DNA of 64,000 nt from positions 190,268 through 254,267 of the IMG/VR virus record IMGVR_UViG_3300022902_000004; one strand, 5' to 3'. Shown here piece by piece: positions 28,472 to 37,919 of this stretch. Under the pieces are notes generated by a model. That model saw only the letters and a list, made by a program, of their open reading frames with translations, was not told the origin of the DNA and ran no database searches. Origin of the DNA: a virus. Position 1 is the stretch's first letter. Every line of letters starts with the position of its first letter. The position numbers and the translations under genes are program-made.

Positions 28472-29271
28472 TTTAGTCGCATTTCTCCGAACACAGTTGT
28501 TTTGTATTTTGTATTTTCATAGTCAATACTCCGAAATAATCCTGCATTGACATTATGCTTTTCTTGTAGTCTGACAATGGCTTTGACATCTTTTGGAAGG
28601 CAAACGCCTCCGTAACCTCTAAAGTTTTCGTTCACGTCGAGGTATTGGTCTGGAACGGTTCCCATTTTGATGAACGCCGCTTTTACATCATTGTATGAAG
28701 CATCCACTGCTTGGCATGTTTCATAAAATTCATTTGCGAATATGACGCGCATGGCGTTGAAGATATTGGAATAGTACTTTACCATCTCGGCCTCGGTCAA
28801 TCCCATTCTTACAATTTGCTTCGGGTAATTTCCATGAAGTTTCTTGATGAACTTGAATGTTTTCTTGTCTTCACATCCGATTGCCAACAGCAAATGATTC
28901 TCGACGAAGTCTGAGGTTGCACATCTTTCCCTTAGGAACTCTGGCACAAAACAGATGTTCATTCCATACCTTTCTCTAAGGCGGCTGGTAGTCCCTGGTT
29001 CAACCGTAGACTTTATGACAATGATTCCACCATACTTGTGCTTTCGGAGCCTCTGGATTGTATCCTCGACCACAGAAACATCACACGTGCCATCTTCCAA
29101 CTGGTCAGTTGGGACACTTATGAAAACAATTGATGTACTTAGGACATCTTTCAGTTTTGAACCATCTTTTATGTCATAATGGACGACGGTGTGTCCTAAT
29201 TTTTCGAACCCAAACTTGCAGGCCAAACCCACTGTTCCCAATCCTATTATTCCGACTGTTTGCTTTTTCAA
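28468..29271 (-). CDS. UDP-glucose/GDP-mannose dehydrogenase-family protein lacking the C-terminal nucleotide-binding domain
   Basis: N-terminal GIIGLGTVGL NAD fold and the catalytic GGVCLPKD Cys motif. Only 267 aa (complete enzymes are ~390-450 aa). Its stop overlaps the next gene's start. Confidence 0.5.
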   Translation of the reverse strand: MKKQTVGIIGLGTVGLACKFGFEKLGHTVVHYDIKDGSKLKDVLSTSIVFISVPTDQLEDGTCDVSVVEDTIQRLRKHKYGGIIVIKSTVEPGTTSRLRERYGMNICFVPEFLRERCATSDFVENHLLLAIGCEDKKTFKFIKKLHGNYPKQIVRMGLTEAEMVKYYSNIFNAMRVIFANEFYETCQAVDASYNDVKAAFIKMGTVPDQYLDVNENFRGYGGVCLPKDVKAIVRLQEKHNVNAGLFRSIDYENTKYKTTVFGEMRLK

Positions 29272-29279
29272 TTTACCCT

Positions 29280-30095
29280 CTAATCGTTGTTGAGCATTTC
29301 TTCGTAGGTTGTTGGTGTTTTACCACCGAACCTGCGTTCCCATCTCGGCGGCGACTGTTTCCAATTATCGAATGAAATTGGTATACGATCAAATGCAGCC
29401 ATCGGCGATTGATACATTTCATGAAAAATTGGAGCATCATGAAAAATTTGTGCATTATGAATCGGCCCATGGTCAATTGTTTCATTCGGATAATGCGTGC
29501 AGTTTATTACTTCATGTGGCGAATGATAAATCTTCCCGCCGGCGGCTTGCAAGCGAAATGCAAAATCATGAAGGGGGTGATTCAAATATTCGAACTGTGC
29601 ATCGAACCCTCCAAGTTCAACAAATCGCTCGCGATCAATAAGGAAATGAAGGGATGTGCGCCATCCCTTCCCAACGCCTGGCAACTGTAACTCTGCGCTT
29701 GACCATGCTCTCCAAAAATCGAGCGGTAATGCTGCACCGCTATAACCCGGGCCTTCCCTATATCGCATGTTTATCATGTCGAGTTTTGAGCATGTAGCGT
29801 CATATAATGTAACAGCCGATTCAATTGAACCAGGATAAAAAAAGCCATCGTCAACGGTATGATACAGAAGCCGGCCGCGAGTGTTGGCAGCGGCAATCTG
29901 TGCACATCGTGTTGGGTTTCCAAAATCTTTGATGACCCGGACGCACTCAACGTTTTTAAGATTGTCAGGCACATCAAATGGGCTCACAATTACAATTTCA
30001 AAACTATACTTTCCGCAAGCTGCAACCGCCGTGCTATACATTTGCTCCCAAAAGTGCGTCCTGATACCTGGCAAGAAAAATGAAACATCAATCAT
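29280..30095 (-). CDS. GT-A-like glycosyltransferase, tandem paralog 3
   Basis: …FEIVIVSPFD…TVDD…RERFVELGGFDAQFEYLNHPLHDFAFRLQAAGG… collinear with paralogs 1 and 2. Confidence 0.5.
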   Translation of the reverse strand: MIDVSFFLPGIRTHFWEQMYSTAVAACGKYSFEIVIVSPFDVPDNLKNVECVRVIKDFGNPTRCAQIAAANTRGRLLYHTVDDGFFYPGSIESAVTLYDATCSKLDMINMRYREGPGYSGAALPLDFWRAWSSAELQLPGVGKGWRTSLHFLIDRERFVELGGFDAQFEYLNHPLHDFAFRLQAAGGKIYHSPHEVINCTHYPNETIDHGPIHNAQIFHDAPIFHEMYQSPMAAFDRIPISFDNWKQSPPRWERRFGGKTPTTYEEMLNND

Positions 30096-31119
30096 TTAGA
30101 ACTCCCACAAAAAATGAATAGTTTGCCATATTTTCATAATCAATAATTTCCTTGCTCAGAAACATATTTTGGGAAAGGAACGCCCGGAGTCTTTCTGGAT
30201 CATTATGCTTTCCTGAGTCATCATACACAGCCTGATTATGCAAAAATACAGAATTTATTTCTTCGTATCCAAATCCGGATTTCCATGCTTCAGGGTTAGA
30301 AAGTATCTTGCGCATGTCTAGGCCCCCAAGCAGGTTGTTCGATGGGTCTTGCCTCAGCCCAACATGACTAAATCCCGACGATGCGCCGTCGATTCCCCTG
30401 TCATGTTCAACAATCGAATCTTTAAGAATTGCCCAGCGCTTTCCGACAGAGGCAGCAAAAAACGTGAATGTTGATTCTGTGCAATACGCCGCAAAAATGT
30501 CGGGCTGCAGCCTCCCGTCAAACCCGTCGAATATGGCTTGGCTAAAAATATGAATATGGCTGTTACAAGCTTTGCCAACTGGAATCACGTGATTTTCATT
30601 CGTCACAAAACCCTTGAAACCCAACCATGCTTCGAAGCCGTTATCGTTTGAAGCTTGGATTGACAGGATTCCGTAATCATTCTTGACCAGCTCATTATAT
30701 CCTTTTGATAATACATCTGTCTGATCTGCGAAGTTCATTCCGGAATCAATGTAAACATATGCTGCGAAGTTTGTGCCATGTTGTCTCACCGCTTCTAGCG
30801 CCGCAAAATTACACGAAATATTAACCGGAACAACAGAATCTAAAAAACAGTAAGATATTCTGTCACCGAATGTGCCTTTTACTTTCTGTCTTGTCAACTG
30901 CGTATTACAGCAACTAGACATTACCAAATGAATGTTAGCGTCTTGTCGTAGTATCGAATCTATACTTTTTATGTACCAATCACTGTTTTCTTTTCCTGAC
31001 AACCCGCATGTATTGTATATCACAAGAAGTTTTTCATTTTTCATTATGGAAGTCGCCCCACTCAACAAGCACTGTCGATTTGCCGTCCTGTCTTTCGTAT
31101 GCAGTCTTATATGCGTCAA
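30088..31119 (-). CDS. Hypothetical protein (possible glycosyltransferase-like)
   Basis: 343 aa. The likely start is an internal ATG near 31044 (MKNEKLLVIYNTCG…). N-terminal Rossmann-like beta-alpha pattern. Confidence 0.35.
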   Translation of the reverse strand: MTHIRLHTKDRTANRQCLLSGATSIMKNEKLLVIYNTCGLSGKENSDWYIKSIDSILRQDANIHLVMSSCCNTQLTRQKVKGTFGDRISYCFLDSVVPVNISCNFAALEAVRQHGTNFAAYVYIDSGMNFADQTDVLSKGYNELVKNDYGILSIQASNDNGFEAWLGFKGFVTNENHVIPVGKACNSHIHIFSQAIFDGFDGRLQPDIFAAYCTESTFTFFAASVGKRWAILKDSIVEHDRGIDGASSGFSHVGLRQDPSNNLLGGLDMRKILSNPEAWKSGFGYEEINSVFLHNQAVYDDSGKHNDPERLRAFLSQNMFLSKEIIDYENMANYSFFVGVLND

Positions 31120-31582
31120 AAATTTGTTCTGGTGTGTCGAGTCTTATTATGTCTGTGTTAGTTAACATCATGCGATACGCGTCTGTAAAATCACCGATGT
31201 GCTGATGTTGTGGATGAAGGGGTCGTTCCGATCCAATCCCAACCCTGATGATGCACTTTGGTGCATAACGGCCCGCAGAAAAAGCCTGCAGTTTATCTAA
31301 GTGATTAACGAGCTGGTTTGTTGCAAGCAATAAAAAATTCCACCTTGGATATATCGAAACAGGAACTGAACCATCGACGGCCATCCCAATTGTGATTCCC
31401 ATTTGCATTTCCTCCGACACCGGCATTTCTATCTTTTTGTTATCAGGAACATCAATTAATGTTCCTGTCATCGATGTTCCTGGTGATGCCACCGCTTGAC
31501 CAATAAAAACCGTATCGGACTGCGAACCCAACCACGTCATGGCCCGTGTTAACTCGTCTCGATATTTCATTGATTTAGTCAA
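31034..31582 (-). CDS. E1-beta/transketolase pyrimidine-binding-domain protein (TPP enzyme small subunit, pair B)
   Basis: 182 aa. …VFIGQAVASPGTSMTGTL… resembles the 2-oxoacid dehydrogenase E1-beta N-domain. 4-nt overlap with the E1-alpha-like gene upstream. Confidence 0.5.
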   Translation of the reverse strand: MTKSMKYRDELTRAMTWLGSQSDTVFIGQAVASPGTSMTGTLIDVPDNKKIEMPVSEEMQMGITIGMAVDGSVPVSIYPRWNFLLLATNQLVNHLDKLQAFSAGRYAPKCIIRVGIGSERPLHPQHQHIGDFTDAYRMMLTNTDIIRLDTPEQIFDAYKTAYERQDGKSTVLVEWGDFHNEK

Positions 31583-32253
31583 AACTGGACTCGCTTGCCG
31601 GCGCCGGCATGTGGGTATTTAATTAAATTATATGCATAATAACGTACATGTTTATCATTTCTGTTTGCATACGTTGGTGTGTACATTCCCCAAGCCTTTT
31701 TTGTGTCTGTGCAAACTGACTTTTGATTGTCTTCAACAATGTATGTTATCGGAAGATCAAAGTTTGTAGCATATTTTATACATTCATGCGCTATTCCTGT
31801 TTCACTTGTCATGTCGCCAATAAAACACCAAACATGCTCACTTCCTTCACGAAGTTTAATATTTAATGCAGTGCCTAGTGCTATTGGTATAGTTCCAGCA
31901 ACAATTCCAGAGCACATAATCTTGTGCGATGAATAACACAATGAAATTGAGCGGCCTGCGATAATATCACGCATAAGATCGGCTGGATCGACACCCTTTA
32001 ATAAACAATGATAATGACTCCTCCAGCTAGAAAAAATCCAATCTTTATGTTTTACATCACTAAAAATGTCAAGTAATTGATCTTCATTTCCATTATGAAG
32101 ATGTATAGGTGCTAAAATATTTGATGCATTAAATGATTCCGCGACTTTATTCTCAAATTCAATTAATTCTTTTTTCGATAGCATTGTTTTTATCCTGTAA
32201 AGTCGCAATAACATGTTTTGTAATATCAGCGGCACTCGGTGGTAAATTGTCAA
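31579..32253 (-). CDS. E1-alpha-like thiamine-diphosphate-binding protein (pair B)
   Basis: …HKIMCSGIVAGTIPIALGTA…VWCFIGDMTSETGIAHECIKYATNFDLPITYIVEDNQ… matches the GDG-x25-N TPP motif of E1-alpha/transketolase. The likely start is the ATG near 32184. Confidence 0.6.
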   Translation of the reverse strand: MTIYHRVPLILQNMLLRLYRIKTMLSKKELIEFENKVAESFNASNILAPIHLHNGNEDQLLDIFSDVKHKDWIFSSWRSHYHCLLKGVDPADLMRDIIAGRSISLCYSSHKIMCSGIVAGTIPIALGTALNIKLREGSEHVWCFIGDMTSETGIAHECIKYATNFDLPITYIVEDNQKSVCTDTKKAWGMYTPTYANRNDKHVRYYAYNLIKYPHAGAGKRVQF

Positions 32254-33106
32254 CTGCAGGATGAAATCCTGCAGTTTTGTCAGCTAGGCCCAGCACGCTC
32301 ATTGATGCATGTGTAATTGCCATCATGTCGAAAGCCAAATTTTTTGCAATGCCGTCGCGATAATCATCATCAATGACAACTCCGCGGCCAGCGGCTGATA
32401 AATCGTTTAATACATCACGTGATGGTTCAAAGGGTTTGATTTGCCAAATATGACTTACGGCCGCCTTAATCCCTAGGCACAAAAGTCGCCTTGACGCTTC
32501 GATTGCAGCGAATCGCGTGATAGATATTGGGAACAAAATAATATCCGGATTGTCAAAAATGACGTCATCCAAATCATCAGTGTTGTCGTATGAACCTCGA
32601 TGTTCAGATACATAATACACATCATCGTCGTCCATAAACATGTTATATGTTGCTGTGTATTCAGACGATGACATTGGAGCATATATTTTCACACCTGGCA
32701 TCCGATAGTATAACGAATGATGTGAAGAACCGGCGACTGGGCCAATTCCGCCTTCCATGGCTATTGATCTTATGAACATCGGGCATGGTCTATTCCAAAT
32801 TTCTTTAGATTTGCATGCGTAATTAATAATAATGGGTGCATTAAACCAGTTAAAACCTTGATATCGAATTACATACATTGGCCGTTTTCCAGCTAAGGCA
32901 GCACCGACGACAAATCCACTGCCGGCGACGTCAGCCATTGGAAGCTCCACCATACCGTCTTCTTCATATAATTCTGGTAACGTACCGCCTACCCAGCCTA
33001 CAGCCGTTAAACACTGGCCCATTGCAACTCCATCATTGTTCAAAAGATGTAATTGTACTGTGTTTTTTATTGTATTTCTAAGTGTTTTTGGCATTTTCCC
33101 AAACAT
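32159..33106 (-). CDS. E1-beta-like TPP enzyme subunit (pair A)
   Basis: …ELPMADVAGSGFVVGAALAGKRPMYVIRYQGFNWFNAPIIINYACK… matches the E1-beta Pyr domain. 315 aa, so it includes the C-terminal domain. Confidence 0.6.
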   Translation of the reverse strand: MFGKMPKTLRNTIKNTVQLHLLNNDGVAMGQCLTAVGWVGGTLPELYEEDGMVELPMADVAGSGFVVGAALAGKRPMYVIRYQGFNWFNAPIIINYACKSKEIWNRPCPMFIRSIAMEGGIGPVAGSSHHSLYYRMPGVKIYAPMSSSEYTATYNMFMDDDDVYYVSEHRGSYDNTDDLDDVIFDNPDIILFPISITRFAAIEASRRLLCLGIKAAVSHIWQIKPFEPSRDVLNDLSAAGRGVVIDDDYRDGIAKNLAFDMMAITHASMSVLGLADKTAGFHPAVDNLPPSAADITKHVIATLQDKNNAIEKRIN

Positions 33107-34469
33107 CCTTTACAAAACGTGCTGCAGTTGTAATCCGGCTAGCACCAAATTTCTTCAAAAATTGATCTTGTCGATCAAATGTAGTAGGATCATCAATACC
33201 TGCTCCGGCATGCCAAAACTTTCTATGTGTTTTAACATTTAGAAGTGCAGGTTTCGATAAATCAAGCTTTGAAAGAGTTTCCCAAAGTTGGGTCGGGTCA
33301 TCTGTCACATTGCATGATTGGAGACCAAATGATTTTGCTATATCACTAATATCCCAGCTGCGACGTACTTTTTTCTCAGTTAATATTGAAAAATTATTAT
33401 CTTCAACAATGAATAATATTGGTAACCCTTTCGTTGCTGCCCATCCCAAAGAAGCCAAAAAATAATCTTCTTCAGCAGCTGCATCACCGGCGAAACACAG
33501 CGTAAATATCCTATTAGTAAAACACATGCCTGTAGCGATAGGGGCTTGTGAACCCATAAGCCCGTCATGACCGTATATCTGCTTTTCTTTTGAATGAATA
33601 GATGCTGAGCCGCCCATACCTCCGGCGCACCCATTTTTATGCCCAAGCAATTCTAGGACTAATTTTTCAGGATCACCACCGAATGAAAGATATGTCGAAT
33701 GACCTCGATGTTGAATAAAAATCTGCCTTTTTGTAGGACCATGATGATCTAAAAATACAGAAAGTGTTGCGGCGATGTATTCTTGGCCAGCTGATAAATA
33801 CGTCGGTATACTAATCGTTTTATTTTTTAATTGATTAAATGCATATTCTTCGAATGCACGACTTGTTGCAGCAAGTTCAAATATTTTTAATTCTTGTTCA
33901 TTAGTCAATTTCTTGGTTTGTAATTTTCTATTTATTGCCGGTAATCCTGTATTGCCAAACATGTTTGTATAATCAAAAACCATTGCCGTATTCACAACAG
34001 GCACACCAATTGCAGAAACCTCAGCTAAGTATTTTGTATCATCATCAAAAAAAACTGCTTTTTGAGTTTTCGCTATTAGCGGAAAATGCTCCGCCTTATT
34101 CTGCGTTTTATATAAAAGTATTCTATCGCCGTTAAATAAATGCGTTAGACCAAATGTCGACAATAACATAACTGACGGTTGGTTTGTGTTATGTAATCCA
34201 TGGACGGCTCCGCCTGACAAATATGAAACAACTTTTTTATTACTATGAAGAAATTCTAGCATATCTCGCACGCCGATTCTAAGCTTACAAATATTGCCAA
34301 CGTCATCGATGATTGTGTCAGTTGTTTTTTCAGTTAACGCGTTGACATTATGAATGTGGTATGGTGGAAGTGTCTGTTTCGCCCAAATTGGTCTACCGGT
34401 AGGATCGACAATATCCCATAAAGTTCTGTCTAGATCGAATACGAAATGCTCAAAAATATTAAAGTTCAT
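33078..34469 (-). CDS. HAD-phosphatase domain fused to E1-alpha-like TPP-binding domain (pair A)
   Basis: N-terminal FDLDRTLWD and FFDDD HAD motifs. C-terminal …YLSAGQEYIAATL…HRGHS…GCAGGMGGSASIH…GSQAPIATGM…CFAGDAAAEEDYFLASLGWAATKGLPILFIVEDNN… is a classic E1-alpha (pyruvate/acetoin dehydrogenase) signature. Confidence 0.6.
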   Translation of the reverse strand: MNFNIFEHFVFDLDRTLWDIVDPTGRPIWAKQTLPPYHIHNVNALTEKTTDTIIDDVGNICKLRIGVRDMLEFLHSNKKVVSYLSGGAVHGLHNTNQPSVMLLSTFGLTHLFNGDRILLYKTQNKAEHFPLIAKTQKAVFFDDDTKYLAEVSAIGVPVVNTAMVFDYTNMFGNTGLPAINRKLQTKKLTNEQELKIFELAATSRAFEEYAFNQLKNKTISIPTYLSAGQEYIAATLSVFLDHHGPTKRQIFIQHRGHSTYLSFGGDPEKLVLELLGHKNGCAGGMGGSASIHSKEKQIYGHDGLMGSQAPIATGMCFTNRIFTLCFAGDAAAEEDYFLASLGWAATKGLPILFIVEDNNFSILTEKKVRRSWDISDIAKSFGLQSCNVTDDPTQLWETLSKLDLSKPALLNVKTHRKFWHAGAGIDDPTTFDRQDQFLKKFGASRITTAARFVKDVWENAKNT

Positions 34470-35154
34470 CCAAGCTTATCCTGTTAATAGAAAGTAGTGT
34501 TGTATTGGGCATTATTCCAAATTTTGTCGACAAAAAACTCATCGTATGACCAGCAACTACATCACCGGCCTGGATAATAACATCACCCGACGGAGTCGTA
34601 AGGCCACCTCGAAGGACAACTAAAACTTCTTCATACGGGCGATTATGCAACTCTGCTGTTAATTTAACGTTTTTTATCACAAAGTTGCAATTAAACAAAT
34701 TTATAGATGTTATAGCATCATCGACAGGATCATCTAACCACAAAGAGTCTGCTGACTTTGCTCGCTCATGTTTATTTCCCTCATACGGAAGATGTGTCCT
34801 TCCATATTTATCCTCCAGCCTTACAAGGTCATGTTTATCTTGCGGGCATTCCACTTCCAAAACAAATGAGGATGTCAAAGCTTTGGTCGAATGAAATCTA
34901 CCTCTAAAAATCATGATTTTATCGAGACCACGGAGTGTAATACTATTTTTTAAAAATGAAACCTGAACATTTCCGTCTAAACAAATCAGGCCGGTATTTT
35001 TTTTAGGATGACAATGCATTGATGTTTGTTTTTCATCATCAATTCGAAGCAGCCAAATACCTAGGTTTTCATTTTGATATGCTAAATATTCATGTCCCCA
35101 TGGTTTATTGACAATAACATCTTTATAGTCTTTCTTTTCTAGAATATGCATCAA
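34459..35154 (-). CDS. Bicupin protein (sugar ketoisomerase/epimerase-like)
   Basis: Two cupin modules (KPWGHEYL…SMHCHPKK…LICLDG and a second C-terminal barrel). Confidence 0.5.
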   Translation of the reverse strand: MMHILEKKDYKDVIVNKPWGHEYLAYQNENLGIWLLRIDDEKQTSMHCHPKKNTGLICLDGNVQVSFLKNSITLRGLDKIMIFRGRFHSTKALTSSFVLEVECPQDKHDLVRLEDKYGRTHLPYEGNKHERAKSADSLWLDDPVDDAITSINLFNCNFVIKNVKLTAELHNRPYEEVLVVLRGGLTTPSGDVIIQAGDVVAGHTMSFLSTKFGIMPNTTLLSINRISLDEL

Positions 35155-35656
35155 TCGCCTCCTTCATCCACTCCCCCATCCAATTATAATGAGGAGATGA
35201 AATGATGTTGTCAGACATAACGACAGGCTCTCGCGAATAAACAGCACCTGCGTTTGTAATGTCATCTTCAAGACTGTAATAGCCAGAAATATCTCTTCCC
35301 TTTACAACCTTCGCGGATATTAATAATTGCGCGCCATGACATGTACTAGCGATTATTTTTCCGGCAGCATCCCATTCATGAACAAATCTAAGTATTTTTT
35401 TATCTTGTCGTAATTTTTCCAACGCCTTAACACCGCCTGGCAAAATTAAAAAATCATATTTATTAAAAATCTCGTCATACCTCACTGACAAGTCAGACAC
35501 GTTTAGGTCTGCATTCATTTTCGTGCCCATAATGCCAAAAATCACTTCCTTGTTTGCCATAATTGAAACGTTTGGCGTTTCTTCTCGGCACCTATAATAA
35601 GGATAAATTACTTCGTGATCCTGGTATCCTTCCCATGTAATAATCAATGCTTTCAT
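35123..35656 (-). CDS. DJ-1/PfpI-family protein
   Basis: Collinear with Pyrococcus PfpI: YPYYRCREE, LILPGG, the nucleophile elbow IASTCHGAQLLISA, then KGR and ITNAG. Confidence 0.75.
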   Translation of the reverse strand: MKALIITWEGYQDHEVIYPYYRCREETPNVSIMANKEVIFGIMGTKMNADLNVSDLSVRYDEIFNKYDFLILPGGVKALEKLRQDKKILRFVHEWDAAGKIIASTCHGAQLLISAKVVKGRDISGYYSLEDDITNAGAVYSREPVVMSDNIISSPHYNWMGEWMKEAIDAYSRKERL

Positions 35657-35658
35657 AT

Positions 35659-37182
35659 TTACTTTTCATCCCCAAGCAGTTTTCGCTTTAGTTTTATTTT
35701 CGATGTTTCTTCTACATCATTTCTTGCTTTTATACCAAATTTTTGTTCAAGTAATTCCAGATATGGTTTATGTTTGTGATATTTCATCCAAGCTTTATCA
35801 CGAAAATCCAAAATTTCAGATGCCGTCAAATTGTCAGTCGCCAAATTTAATGTATTATATGAATGTTGGCTATAGCCATCATATGAGTTAGGCAAGCATA
35901 GTTCATTCTTTTTTGCGTCCATGTAAAGAGGGCTTCCAGGATATGCCATGGCAGAATATACGTTTACCATCTCTGTGAGATTTTCCATGGCAAAGTCCAA
36001 GGTTTCTTGCATCGATTCAGCAGTATCCATTGGCAGTCCAAAAATATAATTTGCGCCAATATTGATTCCGGCGTTGCGCATGTCAGTCATGACATCATTG
36101 ATTCTTACTTCCTTAAAGCTATCTTTATGCACATATTTTCGCAAAACCGTATTTGGATTTTCAATTCCCAAGCCCAGCCAATTTATACCGGCACGTTTTA
36201 ATTTGTCAAGATATTTCGGTTTGCATGTGTCTATTCGCGAATATGCCCAAATATTAAACTTATAACCACGTGAAATGATAAGATCGCAGATTGCTTCAAA
36301 GTGTCGTGGGTTTAAAACAAATAGTTCATCTGCGATCTTAACGTTCTTAACGCCCATTTTAGCAAAATAATCGAATTGCTCAATAATAAAATTAGGATCC
36401 CAATATCTAAACTTATTGCTGTCAGCGCTAGTAATGCCGGCACGATTGTCTGTCCTGTTAATAATATTAATCATACAAAATGAACATCGGTACGGACAGC
36501 CCAATGATGTATATAGTGCGGCGAAGGGTGTTTTGTCAGAATCATTTGACCATGAGTGCCATCCTGCAGTTCTATATTTAGAAAAATCAGGTAGTAGATC
36601 CCATGCCATACCAGGCAAATCTGTTTCCATTAATGCTTGTGGAACAATTCTGGACGCACGATTTATAACAATATTATTCTCGACATTACGAAAGCCAAGA
36701 CCTGACACTTTCTCTAGCTGTTTTTCATCCTTTAGGTTTGTTACAGCCAATAAATCGCGGATTGCATATACACCCTCATTTAAACAGATTGCATTAATGG
36801 CAGGCTCGTCAATGAGGCTTTTCGTAGGCAGCGCGGCTACATGGCCCCCTACAAATAAAATGAACGAATTCGGATCTTCGTTTCTTAAGCTAGCAGCCAC
36901 AGCTGTGGCTGCTGACATATTCTGTGAAGATGCACTAGGTTGCTGGCCGTAAACAACAAAACAAACAATCCTGGAATTATATTCGATAATCTGTGCAACT
37001 GTCTCTTTATCAGTCAATTGGTTTACTTCAGCATCCAAAATTGCTGGTGAAAAACCAACTGATCGGACAGAGTTTGCTAAAAGAGCAGCCCATATCGGGG
37101 GTTCAATTGCAGAATGTCGCGAACTTAAATCTTGATATACTATCTTCGAAGAATTTGTATGTACAAATAAAATATCAATCAC
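35659..37182 (-). CDS. Cobalamin-binding radical SAM enzyme (class B)
   Basis: N-terminal B12-binding-like domain followed by a GCPYRCSFC CxxxCxxC radical-SAM cluster motif. 507 aa. Confidence 0.75.
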   Translation of the reverse strand: MIDILFVHTNSSKIVYQDLSSRHSAIEPPIWAALLANSVRSVGFSPAILDAEVNQLTDKETVAQIIEYNSRIVCFVVYGQQPSASSQNMSAATAVAASLRNEDPNSFILFVGGHVAALPTKSLIDEPAINAICLNEGVYAIRDLLAVTNLKDEKQLEKVSGLGFRNVENNIVINRASRIVPQALMETDLPGMAWDLLPDFSKYRTAGWHSWSNDSDKTPFAALYTSLGCPYRCSFCMINIINRTDNRAGITSADSNKFRYWDPNFIIEQFDYFAKMGVKNVKIADELFVLNPRHFEAICDLIISRGYKFNIWAYSRIDTCKPKYLDKLKRAGINWLGLGIENPNTVLRKYVHKDSFKEVRINDVMTDMRNAGINIGANYIFGLPMDTAESMQETLDFAMENLTEMVNVYSAMAYPGSPLYMDAKKNELCLPNSYDGYSQHSYNTLNLATDNLTASEILDFRDKAWMKYHKHKPYLELLEQKFGIKARNDVEETSKIKLKRKLLGDEK

Positions 37183-37919
37183 TGCTTGTCTCCAATTGCT
37201 TGTTTAAGTTTCTCAATTGATGCTTGGCGCTCTGCAACCATTTCGTCAGACCTGAATAGCATTTCATTGTTATCATTTCTTCTGCGCAATTCAGCCAACA
37301 TTGTTGTTTCATCCACAGCGCTCTTCCCTTGCGTCCAATGCATATGTTCTATAACAAGATCTTTTACGAAAATGTTTCTATTCACAGCTTTTGCTAATTC
37401 AAACATCCATGCGTCTGACCAGTCAGCTGTGAAATACGGAGGTGATGCATACCCTAATAACTCTATCCAGTTCCTATGTAAGCCGTAATGTGTTGCAAAG
37501 CCCTCATCATGCACGCCATCGCAACCATAAACTAATGCCAATCGATCATCATATTTTTCAAACGCTTCGTCAATTAATAAATCCCATCCTTTAGTTCTCA
37601 TAATTGTGTCATCACCAAATTGCATCATAACATCAACGTCAGAATTATTGAAAAGAACATTATATGTGTCAGAAAGTGGCCTTACATCATGCTTGTCAAT
37701 AAATAGGTGAATTGGAATCGATGATTGGGGACCAACTTTTTTAATGAAATTTATTGTCGCTTCATCGTCATTGTCAATGTATAAATGAAATGAAATGCGT
37801 TCCGGCTTGGCTGCTAATGAAACAACACTATCCATCAATCGAGCCAACATTTTGACACGTTTTCTTGTAGGACAAAAAATCCCAATTTTGAAATTAGTAG
37901 TTGGCATACCATGGCTCAT
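37179..37919 (-). CDS. Hypothetical protein (possible GT-A-like, DxD)
   Basis: 246 aa with YIDNDDE and DxD-like segments. Weak call. Confidence 0.35.
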   Translation of the reverse strand: MSHGMPTTNFKIGIFCPTRKRVKMLARLMDSVVSLAAKPERISFHLYIDNDDEATINFIKKVGPQSSIPIHLFIDKHDVRPLSDTYNVLFNNSDVDVMMQFGDDTIMRTKGWDLLIDEAFEKYDDRLALVYGCDGVHDEGFATHYGLHRNWIELLGYASPPYFTADWSDAWMFELAKAVNRNIFVKDLVIEHMHWTQGKSAVDETTMLAELRRRNDNNEMLFRSDEMVAERQASIEKLKQAIGDKQ

